NCBI RefSeq assembly: GCF_046119375.1
Contig: NW_027362762.1
Span: 254,944,001 to 255,008,000, forward strand
DNA length: 64,000 nucleotides
Reading direction: 5' to 3'
DNA from: Phyllobates terribilis
Lineage: Eukaryota
Shown here: positions 60,591-64,000 of the stretch, one piece after another
How the letters are laid out: each line of letters begins with the position of its first letter
Position numbering within the stretch: the first letter of the stretch is position 1
Position numbers and translations under genes: made by a program
Notes under the pieces: model-generated
What the model was told of the DNA's origin: nothing
The model's input: the letters and a program-made list of their open reading frames with translations, nothing else
Database searches by the model: none

Positions 60591-61017
60591 ACTAGTGTTG
60601 AGCATTCCGATACTGAAATATCGGGTATTGGCCGATATTCACGGTATAGGAATTCCGATACTTAGTTCCGATACTTTTAGAATATCGGATACCGGAATCG
60701 GAAGTTCCCATAATGCAATGAGCCAGTTTCATTTTATTCAGCCAATGAGGATCCTAAGAAGTGTGGGCACATCCTGTTAGGCATGTAGGCATCTTAACTA
60801 ATGGCATGGCTGTGATTGGCTGCTGAAATGAAGTCATGATGCACTATAAAAGCCGCCGCCGCCATTTTGAGCTCACTCTGCTGTGAATTCAGTTAGGGAT
60901 AGGACGCTGCTGTTCTGAGGGACAGTTTTAGCTATGTATTTGCTCTATTCTGCTTTACCCAAGCTAGTTTATAAACCGCTGTGCCTTGCAGTGCTAATGC
61001 ACAGTTCTCTGTGCTGT

Positions 61018-61505
61018 TCACGGCTGTCTGCAAGGTCTCTGTGTGTGAGTGCAGCTCATGCTGTAGTGTGTGCTTCAGCCACGTCTGGTTGTAGTGCACT
61101 CAGCGTGCGTCACTGCCTCATACATTGTCCTTTTTTGTTAATTGATAATTTTTGCTGATTTCTCCTATTAGTGTGGTGGTTCCATCCGTATCCAGCTAGA
61201 TTGGTTCCATGCACACTATATAGGAGTAGATAGAGAAGCTTTATTTTGCCTTGCAGCGCTAGTGCACAGTGCTCTGCATCTGCACTGTTCACGGCTGTCT
61301 GCAACTGTGTGTGAGTGCAGCTCACGCTGTAGTGTGTGCTTCAGCCACGTCTGGTTGTAGTATGCTCAGCGTGCGCCACTGCCTCATACATTGTCCTTTT
61401 ATGCTAATTGATCATTTTTCCTGATTTCTCCTATTAGTGTGTTGGTTCCATCCCTATCCAGCTAGATTGGTTCCAAACACGCTATATAGGAGTAGATAGA
61501 GAAGC
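61018..61505 (+). repeat. 2 x ~270-bp duplication in the hAT-E 5' arm
   Basis: TTCACGGCTGTCTGCAA...GGAGTAGATAGAGAAGC at 61018-61238 and 61288-61505. Confidence 0.9.
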
Positions 61506-61857
61506 CTTTCTGCAGCCTTGTGCCCTGCAGCTCCAGCCAGATTACTATTAGCCTATTTTTTGTAGCCTCATCTATTGCATTGTAGGTTACCTTCCTGCAT
61601 TGTAATAGCTACAAAAAGTTTGTGATACTATCGGTATTACATCTTTGGGCACATCCATTGTCTTTTTGTGACAAAAAAAAAGCTAAATAAAGTTCACCAA
61701 ACACTCCACTTTACAGTTGTGTAGGCCACATTAGCTCATATTAAAGTCTAGTCCACACTTTATCAAATTTGTGTTTCTTATACCTGTTAGCTGCTGTTCA
61801 GGAATAAGCACACTAAGCCCTTTGTACTTTTCTGCCTATCTTTATCAGTCTACGAAG

Positions 61858-64000
61858 ATGAAGAAGGCAGGGAGTAAGGCATGTGGTCATGGTCGTGGGC
61901 GTGGAGCTTCTACAAGGAGAGGACGTGAGGATTCTGTGCCTGCAGGAAGAGGACGTGTGGATTCTGTGCCTGCTGCGCGCACCAGTGACTCAGCATCCCC
62001 CAGTTTTACCAGGGAAGAGTCCTTTATGCGCAGCTTTGTAGGAGCTAGCCGTATCCCACTGCTGCGGGAGGACCAAATTGAAGCCGCTGTCGGATGGATT
62101 GCAGATCCTCTCAGGTCTTGAGCACTGAAGAGCACCCATCTGTCTCTTCACCACCTGCCAAATTGCCCAGGCAGTCAGAGAGCCCTGGACATGAGCCATC
62201 TCTACTTCTGTTCTCTGAATCTCTTAGTTTGGAAACAGGGGGCCAGCTAAGCAGAATTCGAGAATTTGAAGAAGAGGTAGTATGCAGTGATGCGCAACCG
62301 TTTTGTCTCTCTGAATCTGAAGAGGCGGGTGGGCCAGTGCCTATGTTCAGCAGCACACCTCAGTACGCATCTGATGATGAGACTCAGGTGCTACTTTCTG
62401 GTGCGTACTGTGCTGTCGAGACTACTCAGGAGAAGCAGTTGTTTGAAGAGGGGGGTGTAGATGATGAGGTCCTTGACCCATCATGGCGTGAGGGACAGGA
62501 AGGTGGTGGGAGTAGCTCTGAGGAAGAGATTCCCGAAACGGCCCAAAAAGGAGGGAGAGGGAGGGGGCAGACTTGGTTGCCTGTAGCCTCCACTTCGGCA
62601 CCCATTAGGAGCATGGCTCTTCTAAAACCCAAAGCGGGCGCTCCCAAGACTTGCAGTGCCTGGTCCTTTTTTGACACAGTTGCAGATGACATTTGCTTTG
62701 TCAAATGCAAGCTGTGTAATCAGAAGGTGAAAAGAGGGAAAAGTGTCAGCAACCTCAATACCACAAATATGTGGAAACATGTGCGGACCCATCATGTGGT
62801 GCAGTTACAAAGACACACTGAAGACCTAGGCCAACCTTCAGCGCCACCTACCACCTATTCAGCTCATGTTGTAGCCTCTTCCTCCAGCTCACACACAGCT
62901 GGTTCTGCTTCCTCACAGGATTGCCATGGAAGAACCTCTGGCACTGTTGTACAGAGACACAGTGTAATTCCACCCACAGCACCACGTTCCCTGTCATCCT
63001 CACACTCCCAGGCCAGTCTACAGTCATCATTAGCACAGGCATGGGAGAAAAGGCACCCATACTCGGCAAACCACCCCCGAGCACAGGCTCTGAATGCTGG
63101 CATTGCAAAACTACTGGCCCTTGAAATGCTATCCTTCAGGCTGGTGGAGACTGACACCTTCCGTAACTTGATGGCATTGGCAGTCCCACAATACAACGTG
63201 CCCAGCCGCTTTTATTTCAGCAGGCAAGCCATCCCTGCCCTGCAATAGCATGTGGAGGGAAAAATTAAACATGCGCTACAAAACGCTGTCAGTAGCAAGG
63301 TCCACCTGACCACCGATGCGTGGACCAGTAAGCATGGACAGGGACGATACCCTTCCCTCACTGCCCATTGGGTAAATGTTGTGGAGTCGGGTACAGATCT
63401 TGAGAGTGGCACTGTACGTGTTCTGCCAACTCCAAGGGTTGCAGGAATCCAGTCTGTACACATTGACTCCTCCTCATACTCCTGTTACTCTGAATCAGCG
63501 CTGCAGGAGCCGTCACGGTCTACCTCCACATCGACCCGTGAACGGTTACCTGTTACGACCGATATGAGCACAGCCGTGGCCAAACGTCAACAGGCCGTAT
63601 TAAAATTAATTTCTTTGGGGAATCGAAGCCACACAGCGCAGGAGCTCTGTAATGCCATCAAGCAGCAGAGCAACATGTGGTTTGTGCCAGCGAATCTCCA
63701 GCTAGGCATGGTAGTGTGTGACAATGGCCGAAATCTGGTGGCAGCTCTGGGCCTAGGCAACCTCACTCACATCCCATGTCTGGCACATGTGCTCAACTTG
63801 GTTGTGCAGAGTTTTTTGAGGGACTATCCGGATCTTGATGCACTGCTGCAAAAGGTCCGCTTAGAGTGCGCTCACTTGCGGCGTTCCAGCAACGCAAGAT
63901 CGCGCATTGCAGCTCTGCAGCGCCGATTACGTCTTCCGAAACATCGCATCATATGTGACCTACCCACCAGGTGGAATTCAACGTTACATATGTTAGAGAG
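61858..64000 (+). pseudogene. hAT-E transposase (partial; one frameshift near 62100 and one TAG at 63246-63248)
   Basis: MKKAGSK..GRGRG; BED AWSFF..VKCKLC..KHVRTHH; after the TAG the frame is open to the window end: HLTTDAW, VCDNG, CLAH, CDLPTRWNST. Confidence 0.92.

Larger units (their letters stand above)
32938..60592 (-). mobile_element. hAT element C (same subfamily as B), hugely expanded by a satellite and nested insertions; 5' end displaced beyond the window by hAT-E
   Basis: TIR TAGTGTTGAGCG at 32938; 32938-33480 is homologous to the reverse complement of the hAT-B right end (18400-18898); minus-strand transposase at 46662-48230 and 58386-60128. Confidence 0.85.
60593..64000 (+). mobile_element. 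hAT element E inserted in the hAT-C 5' repeats; runs off the window end
   Basis: TIR TAGTGTTGAGC at 60593; CCGATA/TATCGG-rich subterminus; transposase from 61858. Confidence 0.9.

Overview
Eukaryotic DNA that is almost entirely transposable elements and their tandem repeats. The repeat complement suggests a vertebrate, most likely a frog (inference). No intact host gene is recognisable. Contents: (1) five large hAT (Ac-type, BED-finger) elements, here called A-E. B (11833-18898) and D (48231-58385) have both termini and 8-bp TSDs, and D is one frameshift from a ~1,200-aa transposase with all catalytic motifs. (2) A decayed autonomous Helitron (25005-32937) with 23-aa STPR-like N-terminal repeats, plus three non-autonomous Helitrons carrying minisatellites. 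(3) Tc1/mariner elements: a near-intact DD34E IR/DR element, and two DD37E (TRT-like) copies, one of them a fold-back made of two 3' ends. (4) A TTAA-flanked piggyBac-like element, an L1 RT fragment split by a solo LTR, and an 18S rRNA-derived segment inside hAT-D. (5) A ~10.5-kb 52-bp satellite with higher-order structure that grew out of a hAT subterminal repeat. The least explained structure is a 3.07-kb insertion (28821-31888) that is almost entirely a ~1.4-kb-arm palindrome, has a perfect 16-bp TSD, encodes no recognisable enzyme, and carries intron-like segments with a diverged homolog at 19460-19900. Coordinates were read by eye and identities are estimates. Most short ORFs in the supplied track are artefacts of repeats or of antisense transposase frames.
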